64,000 bases of DNA from Gemmatimonadota bacterium (GCA_039588255.1 JBDHAF010000008.1:7102-71101), one strand, 5' to 3'. Shown: positions 9,614-18,584, counted from the first letter of the stretch. Numbers and translations are program-made. The notes: generated by a model from the sequence alone, not told the origin.

Positions 9614-9878
9614 TTGTAGATTCAGGGTCGAGGGCGGAGACGGGCCCGGGTGGTTTCACAAGCCCCCATAGGGTCACCAGGAACCAGGTGGCCTCGAGGA
9701 CGATGAAGCCCGCACGGCGATCGTAGACCGCGACGATCGTCAGAAGCGAGGCCCCAACGAGGTTGGCCCAGAGGTACAGTCGTCCATGACTCTTCCACCA
9801 GCCTCTCTGCAAACTGAAGAACGCGAGCAGGATCAGTCCGGCGCCGCCAAGGGACAGAATTTGCACGAGAACGTTCAT
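9603..9878 (-). CDS. small 3-TM membrane protein (CBU_0592-like)
   Basis: GAGLILLAF...YLWANLVGASLL...GFIVLEATW pattern. Confidence 0.75.
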   Translation of the reverse strand: MNVLVQILSLGGAGLILLAFFSLQRGWWKSHGRLYLWANLVGASLLTIVAVYDRRAGFIVLEATWFLVTLWGLVKPPGPVSALDPESTTTP

Positions 9879-9914
9879 AACACGAAGCCCGTTAGTCAGA
9901 GTGGTTGGCTGAGA

Positions 9915-10154
9915 TTGGCAGTGGCTTTGACGGTTCGGGCCGCAGTCAACCCGCGGCTCGCCCTGGACCTCATTCGCCTCGTCTGGGCCTTCCGCGGACG
10001 GGGGTGGCACCGCCGGCCGCCGTTCCTTCCCGTTCCGCCGCGGGAATACGTCCGCTGGCGAATGTACACCGCGTACGGTGATGAGGCTGCCGTGCCTCCG
10101 CTCGAGGATGTCGTTCGCTTTGCTCGCTGGCGCCGAGAGGTCATGCGTTTGTGA
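9915..10154 (+). CDS. small Arg/Trp-rich hypothetical protein; start uncertain
   Basis: PPFLPVPPREYVRWRMYTAYG segment looks conserved; stop overlaps the queG GTG (GTGA). Confidence 0.65.
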   Translation: MAVALTVRAAVNPRLALDLIRLVWAFRGRGWHRRPPFLPVPPREYVRWRMYTAYGDEAAVPPLEDVVRFARWRREVMRL

Positions 10155-11086
10155 GTCCTGAGGAGCGCGCCCTTCGCGTCAAGGATTGCGCCCGGAAGTT
10201 GGGCTTCAATCGCTGCGGCATCACGGACCTCTCACCAACGCCCCACCGCCAGCGACTCTCACAGTGGCTCGAAGACGGCTTTGCGGGAACCATGACGTAC
10301 ATGCACCGCCAAGCCCGGAAGCGGAGGGAGCCGGCCGAGATCGTTCCCGGCGCAACGCGGGCGGTGGTGCTCACTCGGGATTACTACAACCCCGATCCCC
10401 CTCCCGATCCGCAGCGCGGCAAGGTCGCCAAGTACGCCCAAGGGACCGACTACCACCGGGCGCTGCACGAGCCGCTCCAGCATTTGGCCGGCGACGTGAT
10501 TAGGCTGGGAGGAGCAGGTACCATCGCTCAAGCGTTCGTGGACGCCGGACCGGTCCCGGAGCGAGAGCTCGCCCAGCGGGCCGGACTGGGCTGGATCGGA
10601 AAGAACACGATGCTCATCGATCCGCGCCGCGGCTCCTTCCTCTTCATAGCGTCGATCTTCACCGACGCCGACCTCGCGCTGGACCCGCCTTTCGAATCGG
10701 ACCGGTGCGGCAGCTGCCGCGCCTGTCTCGACGCCTGCCCCACTGAAGCCTTTGCCGATGAGAGGGAGTTGGACAGCAGGCTTTGTATTTCCTACCTGAC
10801 GATCGAGTACGGAGGGGAGATCGACGCCACCCTGGCGTCTCAAATGGACGGTTGGATCTTCGGCTGCGACGTCTGTCAGGACGCCTGTCCCTGGAACCAC
10901 AAGTTTGCGGCCCCGGCGAACGACCCTGTCCTCGGCCACGATCCCCAGTGGGCGAGCATCGACCTGAAAGAGTTGACGGAGATGACCGACGGTGAGTTCG
11001 ACCGCCGGTTCGGAGAGACAGCGATGGAGCGGCCCGGAGCCAACGGCATGCGTCGCAACGCCCGGATCGCCCTCGAGGCCCGGTGA
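10151..11086 (+). CDS. queG: tRNA epoxyqueuosine(34) reductase
   Basis: YAQGTDYH, ERELAQRAGLGWIGKN, CGSCRACLDACPT, CISYLTIE, GCDVCQDACPWN. Confidence 0.96.
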   Translation: MSPEERALRVKDCARKLGFNRCGITDLSPTPHRQRLSQWLEDGFAGTMTYMHRQARKRREPAEIVPGATRAVVLTRDYYNPDPPPDPQRGKVAKYAQGTDYHRALHEPLQHLAGDVIRLGGAGTIAQAFVDAGPVPERELAQRAGLGWIGKNTMLIDPRRGSFLFIASIFTDADLALDPPFESDRCGSCRACLDACPTEAFADERELDSRLCISYLTIEYGGEIDATLASQMDGWIFGCDVCQDACPWNHKFAAPANDPVLGHDPQWASIDLKELTEMTDGEFDRRFGETAMERPGANGMRRNARIALEAR

Positions 11087-11114
11087 TGAGGGTCGCCCCC
11101 GGGACCGCTCTGAG

Positions 11115-11873
11115 TCAGAGCCCGGTGGGGTTGTCGAAGAAATCCCAGGGCGTTCCGAACTTCTCTTCTAGGTGAGCAGCCAAGGCCTTCACGCCAAACG
11201 TCTCGGTGGCGTAGTGTCCGCCGTAGATGACGTTGATGCCCCACTCCTCAGCGTCGAAGTGCGTGTGGTGAGTTCCCTCACCGGTGACGAATGTGTCGAT
11301 GCCGGCATCCCGCACCTGATTGATCATTGAGCCGGCCCCCCCGGTGACCACTGCAATGCGTTTGACGTCTTTAGGACCGCCGGGGATGACGTGGGGGTCC
11401 TCCCCCAATATCTCAGCAACCCGACTGACTAGATCCTCTCTCGACACTGTCAGGGTTCCCGCGAGGCCAATAGTCACCCCGTGGTGGTCCCCAAACGGGT
11501 GGCACTCTCCGATTTCCAGTGCTTTCGACAACAGGGCGTTGTTACCCACCTCTGGATGACAATCCAGGGGAATGTGAGCGCTGTACAGGGCGATGTCGTG
11601 TTCCAGGAGCTTCTTCAGTCGCCGCCAGTGACGACCGGTGACGGGCTGGACATCACCCCAGAAGAGACCGTGATGAACCACCAGCAAGTCCGCTCCGGAC
11701 TCGGCGGCGGCATCGATGCTTGCCTGGCACGCGTCCACCGCCGCTGCCAATCTGGTCACCTTCCCCGAGTTCTGAACCTGCAGTCCGTTGAAAGCGCCGG
11801 GGCCGTCAGGGATCTCGTCAACGGCTAGAAACTCGTTCAGGTAGCCAGTGAGGTCCTCGAGGGAAACTGCCAT
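11115..11873 (-). CDS. Nif3-like dinuclear metal center protein (YbgI family)
   Basis: NGLQV, VHHGLFW, AHIPLDCHPEVGNN, GGHYATE. Confidence 0.93.
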   Translation of the reverse strand: MAVSLEDLTGYLNEFLAVDEIPDGPGAFNGLQVQNSGKVTRLAAAVDACQASIDAAAESGADLLVVHHGLFWGDVQPVTGRHWRRLKKLLEHDIALYSAHIPLDCHPEVGNNALLSKALEIGECHPFGDHHGVTIGLAGTLTVSREDLVSRVAEILGEDPHVIPGGPKDVKRIAVVTGGAGSMINQVRDAGIDTFVTGEGTHHTHFDAEEWGINVIYGGHYATETFGVKALAAHLEEKFGTPWDFFDNPTGL

Positions 11874-11893
11874 TCTTGCCACTAATTCCTAGA

Positions 11894-11933
11894 GACATTA
11901 AGACGACATAGTCGATACATCATAAAGACATTA
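11894..11933. promoter_or_regulatory. array of four direct repeats with 11-bp period (ACAT at 11895, 11906, 11917, 11928)
   Basis: GACATTA/GACATAG/TACATCA/GACATTA just upstream of the Nif3 gene. Confidence 0.5.
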
Positions 11934-11936
11934 CAT

Positions 11937-11964
11937 GAAACGGGCGCCCTCAGGCGCCCTGTTC
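11937..11964 (-). terminator. hairpin, candidate terminator of the parAB-M23-bactofilin unit
   Basis: GGGCGCC-CTCA-GGCGCCC stem with only a short T tail on the - strand. Confidence 0.45.
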
Positions 11965-12037
11965 GATGAGTCTATCACTTTTAAAATCAACGCCTTGAGG
12001 CCACACACCTCACAAATGGCCCAACTGGCGGTCCCAG

Positions 12038-12568
12038 TCAGTGGTTCGGGGCGCCTTGGGCCACCGGCGGTTGCCAGGATGGCACTGGTGCCTGGTCTGC
12101 CTCGGATGAAGACGGCTCATCGCTCTGTTCGGCCGGCTCTTCCGGCGTGTCGGTCTCTACCGCAGGGTCACCCTCTCCGGGCTTCCGCGCCAGGGCCTTG
12201 GGGTCTTCCATCCGGAGGTGCCCGTTCACCTCACCACCCTCCTGGAGAAGGATGAGCTTGGTGGTGATGTCCCCATTGATCTGGGAGCTGGCCTGGACCT
12301 CCACCCTTTCGTCCGCATAGATCGCGCCGCGCACCTCCCCACCAATCACGGCCTCCCGGGTCAGGATGTCGCCATCGACCAAGCCACCCTTTGCCACGAG
12401 CACCTGCCGCTCCGCCCGCACACTTCCGGTCACCGTGCCCTCCACCTTCACCACGCCGTTGGTGTCCAGCCGGCCAGTGATGGACATTCCGCCAGCTACG
12501 ACGGAGAGCCCGGGCTCCCGACCCGGTACCTTTTCCTGTGACGCGCTATGATCGTCCTTCTTCGCCAT
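12038..12568 (-). CDS. bactofilin (polymer-forming cytoskeletal protein) with acidic Pro-rich tail
   Basis: Beta-helix repeats ITGRL..VKVEGTVTGSV..VDGDI..IGGEVRGAI..INGDI..GGEVNG. Confidence 0.9.
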   Translation of the reverse strand: MAKKDDHSASQEKVPGREPGLSVVAGGMSITGRLDTNGVVKVEGTVTGSVRAERQVLVAKGGLVDGDILTREAVIGGEVRGAIYADERVEVQASSQINGDITTKLILLQEGGEVNGHLRMEDPKALARKPGEGDPAVETDTPEEPAEQSDEPSSSEADQAPVPSWQPPVAQGAPNH

Positions 12569-12569
12569 G

Positions 12570-13382
12570 CTAAGAATCCTCCCCAATCGTCGTCCTTGGA
12601 TCGAGCAAAAGGTCGCCCCGCCGCTTTTCGAAATGCAAGTGTGGAGCCGTCGATCTGCCCGTATTGCCCGATAGGGCGATGACCTGGCCGGCGTCCACGC
12701 TAGCGCCGGCAAATACTAAAAGCCGTGACGTATGACCATACATCGTGCGGTATCCGTCGGGATGGTCAATGAGCACAAACAGTCCGTACTCCGGATGAAA
12801 GCTCGCCTCGGCTACCACTCCGCCTCCGGCCGCTCGGATCGGCGTGCCCCGGGAGACGGCGATGTCGATGCCGGGGTGGGGCTCCAGATCGTCGCCTTCA
12901 GAGGAGAACCCCCGTGTCACCACACCGTGTACCAGCGAGTCGAGGGGCCAATACAGGGGCAGGGAAGGGCCCCGCGGCCCGAATGATGGCTCGGCGCCAG
13001 GGGCCTGGGCGACGAGCGCGAGCAGAACCGGCAGTCCGTCCGGGCGCTCCATGCTGGGAGCCACCGGCTCGGTGATGATCTCGGCGCCGAGCACCGTGCG
13101 GATTTGATCGTACCGCTCCTGGAGTACCTCGAGTGTCGCCGCCAACTGCTGTACCTGGTTGTTCTCGTCCGTGAGGCGGACGATCTCCGCGTTCAATCCC
13201 GGGACTCTGGCCGCCGTGCGAACGATGGGTGTATAGAGCACCGCGGCGATGGCCACCAGCACGACAAACACGACGCTGCCCACTGCCAGCGTCTTGAAGA
13301 CCCACGCGGGCATCTTGTAGAGCTGCGACTCGGGGTTGCCCTCCCAATGAATCGAAACCGTAACGTTTGGACGCTTGCTCAT
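12570..13382 (-). CDS. membrane-anchored M23 metallopeptidase with coiled coil
   Basis: TM helix, coiled coil, HPGIDI (HxxxD), YGH, GRSTAPHLHFE. Confidence 0.92.
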   Translation of the reverse strand: MSKRPNVTVSIHWEGNPESQLYKMPAWVFKTLAVGSVVFVVLVAIAAVLYTPIVRTAARVPGLNAEIVRLTDENNQVQQLAATLEVLQERYDQIRTVLGAEIITEPVAPSMERPDGLPVLLALVAQAPGAEPSFGPRGPSLPLYWPLDSLVHGVVTRGFSSEGDDLEPHPGIDIAVSRGTPIRAAGGGVVAEASFHPEYGLFVLIDHPDGYRTMYGHTSRLLVFAGASVDAGQVIALSGNTGRSTAPHLHFEKRRGDLLLDPRTTIGEDS

Positions 13383-14260
13383 CCGTCGAACGGTTCTCCA
13401 AGCACAAGTGCCAAGATGCGCGCCAAATCCTCGTTGGAGTAAAAGTTGATCGTGATGCGGCCGCTACCCTTTCCACGCGTCGCCACGAAAACATCCGTTC
13501 CGAGTTTCGTACGAAGGACATCCTCGACGCGCCTGATCTGGGCGTGTTGAGGGGAGTCGTTGCGGGTATATCGCGGACGACGCTTGCTCGGCTTCTTACT
13601 CCGCGTCAACGCCTCCGCTTCTCGAACCGACAGTCGGTCCGTCACCATTCGCTCGGCCAGCCCGGGAACCGTTCGTTGATCGCTCACCTGGAGCAAGGCA
13701 CGTGCGTGTCCGGTGGAGAGCTTGTTGCTGTGCACGAGGTCCTGCACGGACTGTGGCAATCGGAGCAAGCGCAGTGCGTTCGCAACCGTCGATCGGTCCC
13801 TGCCTACGAGCTCGCCGACCTCGCCTTGTGATACGCCAAACTCTTCGATCATCCGCTGATACCCCCGAGCCTCGTCGATCGGCGAGAGGGCATCACGTTG
13901 GAGGTTCTCCACGAGCGCAAGTGTGAGAAGCGTGCGATCGTCCACCTCACGTATCACTGCATCGATTTCTTCCCAACCCAACGCCTCTGCGGCGCGGCAA
14001 CGTCGTTCCCCTGCGATCAGCTCGAAGCCATTCCCTGCCGAGGGACGAACGATGATCGGCTGCAGTAGACCTGCCTGATCCAACGAACTCTTGAGTTCGT
14101 CCAGGGCTTTTTGATCGAACGCCTGGCGAGGCTGATACGGGTTTGGGCGAACGGTGTTGAGCGGTACTTGGGTCAGCGAACCCTGTTCGCGCGCCTCGGC
14201 GACCGTTGTCGGTCCGAGGAGCGCTTCGAGTCCACGACCCAGGCGGCGTGTCTTGTCCAT
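13379..14260 (-). CDS. parB: chromosome partitioning protein ParB
   Basis: LGRGLEALL, NPYQPR, GLLQPI, IAGERR, ENLQR, HTH with GRDRSTVANALRLL. Confidence 0.97.
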   Translation of the reverse strand: MDKTRRLGRGLEALLGPTTVAEAREQGSLTQVPLNTVRPNPYQPRQAFDQKALDELKSSLDQAGLLQPIIVRPSAGNGFELIAGERRCRAAEALGWEEIDAVIREVDDRTLLTLALVENLQRDALSPIDEARGYQRMIEEFGVSQGEVGELVGRDRSTVANALRLLRLPQSVQDLVHSNKLSTGHARALLQVSDQRTVPGLAERMVTDRLSVREAEALTRSKKPSKRRPRYTRNDSPQHAQIRRVEDVLRTKLGTDVFVATRGKGSGRITINFYSNEDLARILALVLGEPFDG

Positions 14261-15078
14261 TAGACGGGAATCTCGGAGGGTGCGCCAACAGGTGAATCCG
14301 ATTGAGCGCTGGCTTCGCAGGAGCGGATGAATTCTTGTGCCAGCGCCAAGTAACTCTTGGCACCGACCGACTGAACATCGTAGAGCAAGATCGGCTTGCC
14401 GAAACTCGGAGCTTCCGCAATACGCACGTTGCGCGGGACGATCGTATTGAAGACTTGTCCGCCGAAGTACTCTCGCGCCTCATTCGCAACTTGCTTGGAG
14501 AGATTGAGCCGCGCGTCGTACATCGTGAGCAACACACCCTGGATCGCCAGGTCTGAGTTGAAGTTCTGCTGTACGAGCTTGATGGTGTTCAACAGCTGAG
14601 ACAGACCTTCAAGGGCGTAATACTCACATTGAATCGGAATCAACACCGCATCCGCCGCCGTGAGCATGTTCAACGTGAGCAAGCCCAGTGACGGCGGACA
14701 GTCGATGAGTACGTATTCGTATTCGTTGCGCGTCGATTGCAGTGCTTCACGCATGGCCGTCTCGCGGCCCGGCCTGTTCACCAATTCGATCTCCGCACCC
14801 ACGAGATCTTGCGTGGCCGGTATGACGTCCAGCACAGGAAGGTTGACCCCGCGCCGCATCACGTCCGTCAATGACCTCTCCCCCATCAACGCGTCGTAGA
14901 GCGACCGATCCAGCACGTGCCGGTCGATGCCGATTCCACTCGTCGCGTTGGCCTGTGGGTCTGCGTCCACGAGCAGGGTCGTCCGCTCCGCCGCTGCCAG
15001 AGATGCTGCAAGATTGACGGCCGTAGTGGTCTTACCCACACCGCCCTTTTGGTTCGCAATCGCTACGACTAGACCCAT
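14260..15078 (-). CDS. parA: chromosome partitioning ATPase ParA/Soj
   Basis: NQKGGVGKTT, DADPQANAT, DCPPSLG, QCEYYALEG. Confidence 0.97.
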   Translation of the reverse strand: MGLVVAIANQKGGVGKTTTAVNLAASLAAAERTTLLVDADPQANATSGIGIDRHVLDRSLYDALMGERSLTDVMRRGVNLPVLDVIPATQDLVGAEIELVNRPGRETAMREALQSTRNEYEYVLIDCPPSLGLLTLNMLTAADAVLIPIQCEYYALEGLSQLLNTIKLVQQNFNSDLAIQGVLLTMYDARLNLSKQVANEAREYFGGQVFNTIVPRNVRIAEAPSFGKPILLYDVQSVGAKSYLALAQEFIRSCEASAQSDSPVGAPSEIPV

Positions 15079-15218
15079 TACGAGATAATGACTTTATTTT
15101 CAATAGGTTATGCAACAGAAAATAGAGAGCGAGACCTTCAAGCGCCACGGACCGAATATACGGTACAAAGGTCAGGGAGTAAAGAACTTTCGCGTGGATC
15201 ACTCTGCCGGGCACACTG

Positions 15219-15234
15219 AGTTTCACGTGAAACA
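15219..15234. promoter_or_regulatory. parS site (15/16 to consensus)
   Basis: AGTTTCACGTGAAACA upstream of parA. Confidence 0.9.
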
Positions 15235-15251
15235 CAACCAAATCCGCTGTG

Positions 15252-15267
15252 TGTTTCACGTGAAACA
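15252..15267. promoter_or_regulatory. parS site (perfect palindrome)
   Basis: TGTTTCACGTGAAACA. Confidence 0.95.
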
Positions 15268-15300
15268 TCACAGGTCAAGCAGCTTTCCTGACGTGGAAGG

Positions 15301-17169
15301 TTACGCGGCGGGCTTCTTCCTCTTCATGACCTCTAAGACGAGGTTCTGGAGATCGCTGGGTGACACCCCGGGGATCCTCCCAGCCTGAGCCAGGGACTCC
15401 GGTCTCACTCGCCCCAGCTTTTGCCTCGCTTCGGTGCTGAGGCTCTGGATCCCTTCGTAGTCCATGTCCTTGGGCAGATTAAAGCCAGCCAGATCCGCCA
15501 GCTTTCTGGCTCCTTCCCTTTCCCTCCTCAAATACCCCCCGTACTTCAGCTCTACCTGGGCTGATACCCAGGACTCCTCTGCAGCGTCGGGAATCGGGTC
15601 GCCAGAGCACTCGAAGAGCGCCTTCAACCGCAGCTGAGGCCTCTTGACAAGTTCTATAATTCGTTGTTTACCAATAACTTGACGCTCATTACACTTCTCC
15701 AGATACGGGTTCACCTGGGCCGGATTCACCGAGGTCTCCCTGGCGGCCCTCAGCACCTCTTCTTCTTCTCGGATCCTGCCCTCCAGCACGTGCTCCTCCT
15801 CGTCTGTCAGCATTCCGAGCTCTGACGCAACCGGTCCAAGCCTCTTGAGAGCATTATCCTGGCGGAGTAGTAGCCGATACTCCGAACGAGAGGTGAACAA
15901 ACGATACGGCTCGTCGACTCCTCTGGTCACGAGGTCGTCAACGAGGACTCCGATGTAGCCGGCGTCTCTCCCCAGGACGATGGGCTCCTCTCCCCTCCGG
16001 CGGCGGACAGCGTTGATCCCGGCAACCGCCCCCTGCCCCGCTGCCTCCTCGTATCCAGTGGTCCCGTTGATCTGCCCCGCGAAGAAAAGGCCCTCGAGAG
16101 CTTTAACCTCGAGCCACGGCGTCAGCTGCTGCGGCGGATAGTAGTCGTACTCGATGGCGTATCCGGGGCGGGTCATGCGGGCTTTCTCGAGGCCCGGGAC
16201 CGCTCGGAGAAAGGCGATCTGCGCGTCCACTGGCAGAGAGGTGGAGAGCCCGTTGACGTAGAGCTCCGAGGTGTCTAAGCCCTCAGGCTCCAGGAAGATC
16301 TGATGCCGCTCCGCGTCCGGAAACTTGACGATCTTGTCTTCGATGGAAGGGCAGTACCGAGGACCTCTCCCGGCCAGCGCCCCGCCATATAGAGCGGAAT
16401 CCTGGATTCGGGCTCGGATGACGTCCTTTACCTCTTCCCCCGCCGAAGTGATCCAACACGGCAACTGGGCCGGCCGCGAAACACGCTCGAATTGGCTGAA
16501 GCGATAATCGTCCGAGTCACCGTCCTGCCGCTCCAAACTCGAGAAATCCACCGATCGGCCGTCCACACGCGGCGGTGTTCCCGTTTTGAAGCGCTCCACT
16601 TCGAGGCCCAGAGCTTCGAGTTGCTCTGCCATCTCCACGACCGCTGCGTCCCCTGCCCGCCCCGCGGAGATCTGCGTCTCCATCCCGATGTGGATCCGAC
16701 CCCGTAGAAAGGTGCCTGCGGTGACGACCACCGACCCTCCACTGAACTGGCGACCGTCGTTGGTGACCACGCCGGCCACCCGACCATCCTGAATCTCGAG
16801 GGACGCGACGGTGCCCTGCACGATGTGCAGTGTCTCTTGCTCCTCCAGCAGCGAACGCACCGCCCGTCGGTAGAGCCCGCGGTCGCACTGCGCCCTGGGA
16901 GACCACACAGCGGGTCCCTTCGACCCGTTCAGCATCCGGAACTGAATCGTAGCTCGGTCCGCCGCCCGTCCCATGATCCCACCCAGGGCGTCCACCTCCC
17001 TCACCACGGTCCCCTTGGCCACTCCTCCGATGGCCGGATTGCACGACATCTGGCCGATCGTCTCCAGTGTCGACGTCACCAGGAGAACCCGTGCACCCAA
17101 GCGGGATGCCGAACACGCCGCCTCCGTCCCGGCGTGACCTCCTCCAACGACAACAACATCGAAATCCAT
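15301..17169 (-). CDS. mnmG: tRNA uridine-5-carboxymethylaminomethyl modification enzyme
   Basis: GGGHAG, MSCNPAIGG, KTGTPPR, GPRYCPSIEDK, AGQINGTTGYEEAA, EPYRLFTSRSEYRL. Confidence 0.98.
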   Translation of the reverse strand: MDFDVVVVGGGHAGTEAACSASRLGARVLLVTSTLETIGQMSCNPAIGGVAKGTVVREVDALGGIMGRAADRATIQFRMLNGSKGPAVWSPRAQCDRGLYRRAVRSLLEEQETLHIVQGTVASLEIQDGRVAGVVTNDGRQFSGGSVVVTAGTFLRGRIHIGMETQISAGRAGDAAVVEMAEQLEALGLEVERFKTGTPPRVDGRSVDFSSLERQDGDSDDYRFSQFERVSRPAQLPCWITSAGEEVKDVIRARIQDSALYGGALAGRGPRYCPSIEDKIVKFPDAERHQIFLEPEGLDTSELYVNGLSTSLPVDAQIAFLRAVPGLEKARMTRPGYAIEYDYYPPQQLTPWLEVKALEGLFFAGQINGTTGYEEAAGQGAVAGINAVRRRRGEEPIVLGRDAGYIGVLVDDLVTRGVDEPYRLFTSRSEYRLLLRQDNALKRLGPVASELGMLTDEEEHVLEGRIREEEEVLRAARETSVNPAQVNPYLEKCNERQVIGKQRIIELVKRPQLRLKALFECSGDPIPDAAEESWVSAQVELKYGGYLRREREGARKLADLAGFNLPKDMDYEGIQSLSTEARQKLGRVRPESLAQAGRIPGVSPSDLQNLVLEVMKRKKPAA

Positions 17170-17398
17170 GGCTGGCACCCCGATCAACCCCCGCGCTGGC
17201 AAAATGCAGCGGTAATAGTAGCACGATGCCAACTCTGCAGAGAGTAGTTGCAGCAGCTACTAACTATGAGGTCCTACGTAGGGCTCCTTTTCGTATCCAT
17301 CGCACCGCGTGAGATGCGGTGGTATCCGGATACTCCGGCACCGGTCAAGGAACTCGCCCGACAACCCGATTGTTTACCTGGTTGAGGTTTCTGCCTCC

Positions 17399-17425
17399 GG
17401 GCGCTAGGACCGGGGCGCTAGGACC
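17399..17425 (+). repeat. tandem duplication, 14-bp period
   Basis: GGGCGCTAGGACC-G-GGGCGCTAGGACC. Confidence 0.8.
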
Positions 17426-17528
17426 TCGGAACTTTCCACCGGGGAATACGATTCGCCCAATTGCAGACGGCAATATTCGGCCGACCTGGACTTGGACCAT
17501 TTGGAGTGGTGAACAAGCTGAGACGACC

Positions 17529-17556
17529 ATGAAGCTGCACAATGAAGCTGCACAAT
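17529..17556 (+). repeat. tandem duplication, 13-bp period, covering the start codon
   Basis: ATGAAGCTGCACA ATGAAGCTGCACA AT. Confidence 0.85.
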
Positions 17557-18225
17557 TACGATAACGGAAACACCGGCCCTGGGGTCATCGACCTGCATTT
17601 GGCTGCCCGCCTACGGCACATTGCCGACGCCCAGCGGGCGCCGGCCCGGCTGCGGGAGCGCGTCTACGCCGGCCTCGCCGCCGACCACATGGCGGGCCAG
17701 CGGCGCACATTCCGGTGGGACCTCCTGGGGGCCGCGGGAGCGGGTGCCCTGGCAACCGCCGCGGCTTTGGCCATCTGGCTCGCGGTGCCCTCACCCCAAC
17801 GGGCCATACACGCCGAGTCCTGGGTCGACATCGCCATGAACCAGGTGACGGGCCCGGCCCTGGTGCAGACCAATCAGCCTACCTTTCTTCGTTCTTGGTT
17901 CGAGTCGCAGGCCGGTTACACCATCGACGTCCCCAACATTCCCGACGCCACCCTGAAGGGTGGAAGGCTCGCCTACGTGAGTGGCATCCAGGGTGTGGCC
18001 GTCGAGTACGAGATCGGCGGACAGGAGCTCACTTACCTGATGGTGCCGGAGGGGAACGTGATGGACATGCTCGCCGAGGCGGGAGACACCTTGGTGACGT
18101 GGTCATCGCGAGGCTACCAGATCGTCATGTGGAAGCAGGGCGGTGGCACGAGGGCGTTGGTCGGCCCACTACCGCGGAAGGATCTGTACGACATTGCCGA
18201 CCACTGCCGTCGCACGATGATCTGA
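17542..18225 (+). CDS. transmembrane anti-sigma-factor-like protein
   Basis: RAPARLRERV, one TM helix, then LRSWF..IDVPNI..LKGGRLAYV..VAVEY..LTYLM pattern of ECF anti-sigma periplasmic domains. Confidence 0.65.
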   Translation: MKLHNYDNGNTGPGVIDLHLAARLRHIADAQRAPARLRERVYAGLAADHMAGQRRTFRWDLLGAAGAGALATAAALAIWLAVPSPQRAIHAESWVDIAMNQVTGPALVQTNQPTFLRSWFESQAGYTIDVPNIPDATLKGGRLAYVSGIQGVAVEYEIGGQELTYLMVPEGNVMDMLAEAGDTLVTWSSRGYQIVMWKQGGGTRALVGPLPRKDLYDIADHCRRTMI

Positions 18226-18232
18226 AGGACGA

Positions 18233-18547
18233 TTAGTTAGAGCGAATCCAGATCGCTCCCGCTTCGACTTTGACTTCATACGTCCTCACCGGCTCATCGG
18301 CCGGCGGGGACTTCACGCTTCCGTCCCGCAAGTCGAACACCGCTCCGTGCAGCGGACACTCGAGCTCGAAGTCCGGGCCGACGCTCCCGTCGGAGAGGGG
18401 GTATTCGGCGTGGGTACACCGATCCCGAACCGCAAAGACCTCACCCCGCACCCGCGCGAGGCACACGCGCTCGCCGCTACCGAGCTCTACCGACAGCAGC
18501 TGACCTTCGCCCAGGTTGGCATCCTCAGCGACCCTCTCGAATTCCAT
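18233..18547 (-). CDS. Rieske [2Fe-2S] ferredoxin
   Basis: CTH...CPLHGAVFDLRDG. Confidence 0.92.
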   Translation of the reverse strand: MEFERVAEDANLGEGQLLSVELGSGERVCLARVRGEVFAVRDRCTHAEYPLSDGSVGPDFELECPLHGAVFDLRDGSVKSPPADEPVRTYEVKVEAGAIWIRSN

Positions 18548-18584
18548 TGTTGACCCGATTGATTTCGTTTGTGAGGAACGACAG

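Noticed and set aside
15186-15300. 33-bp periodic repeats as a CRISPR mini-array
   Set aside because: Repeats are 16-bp parS palindromes with 17-bp spacers; no cas genes
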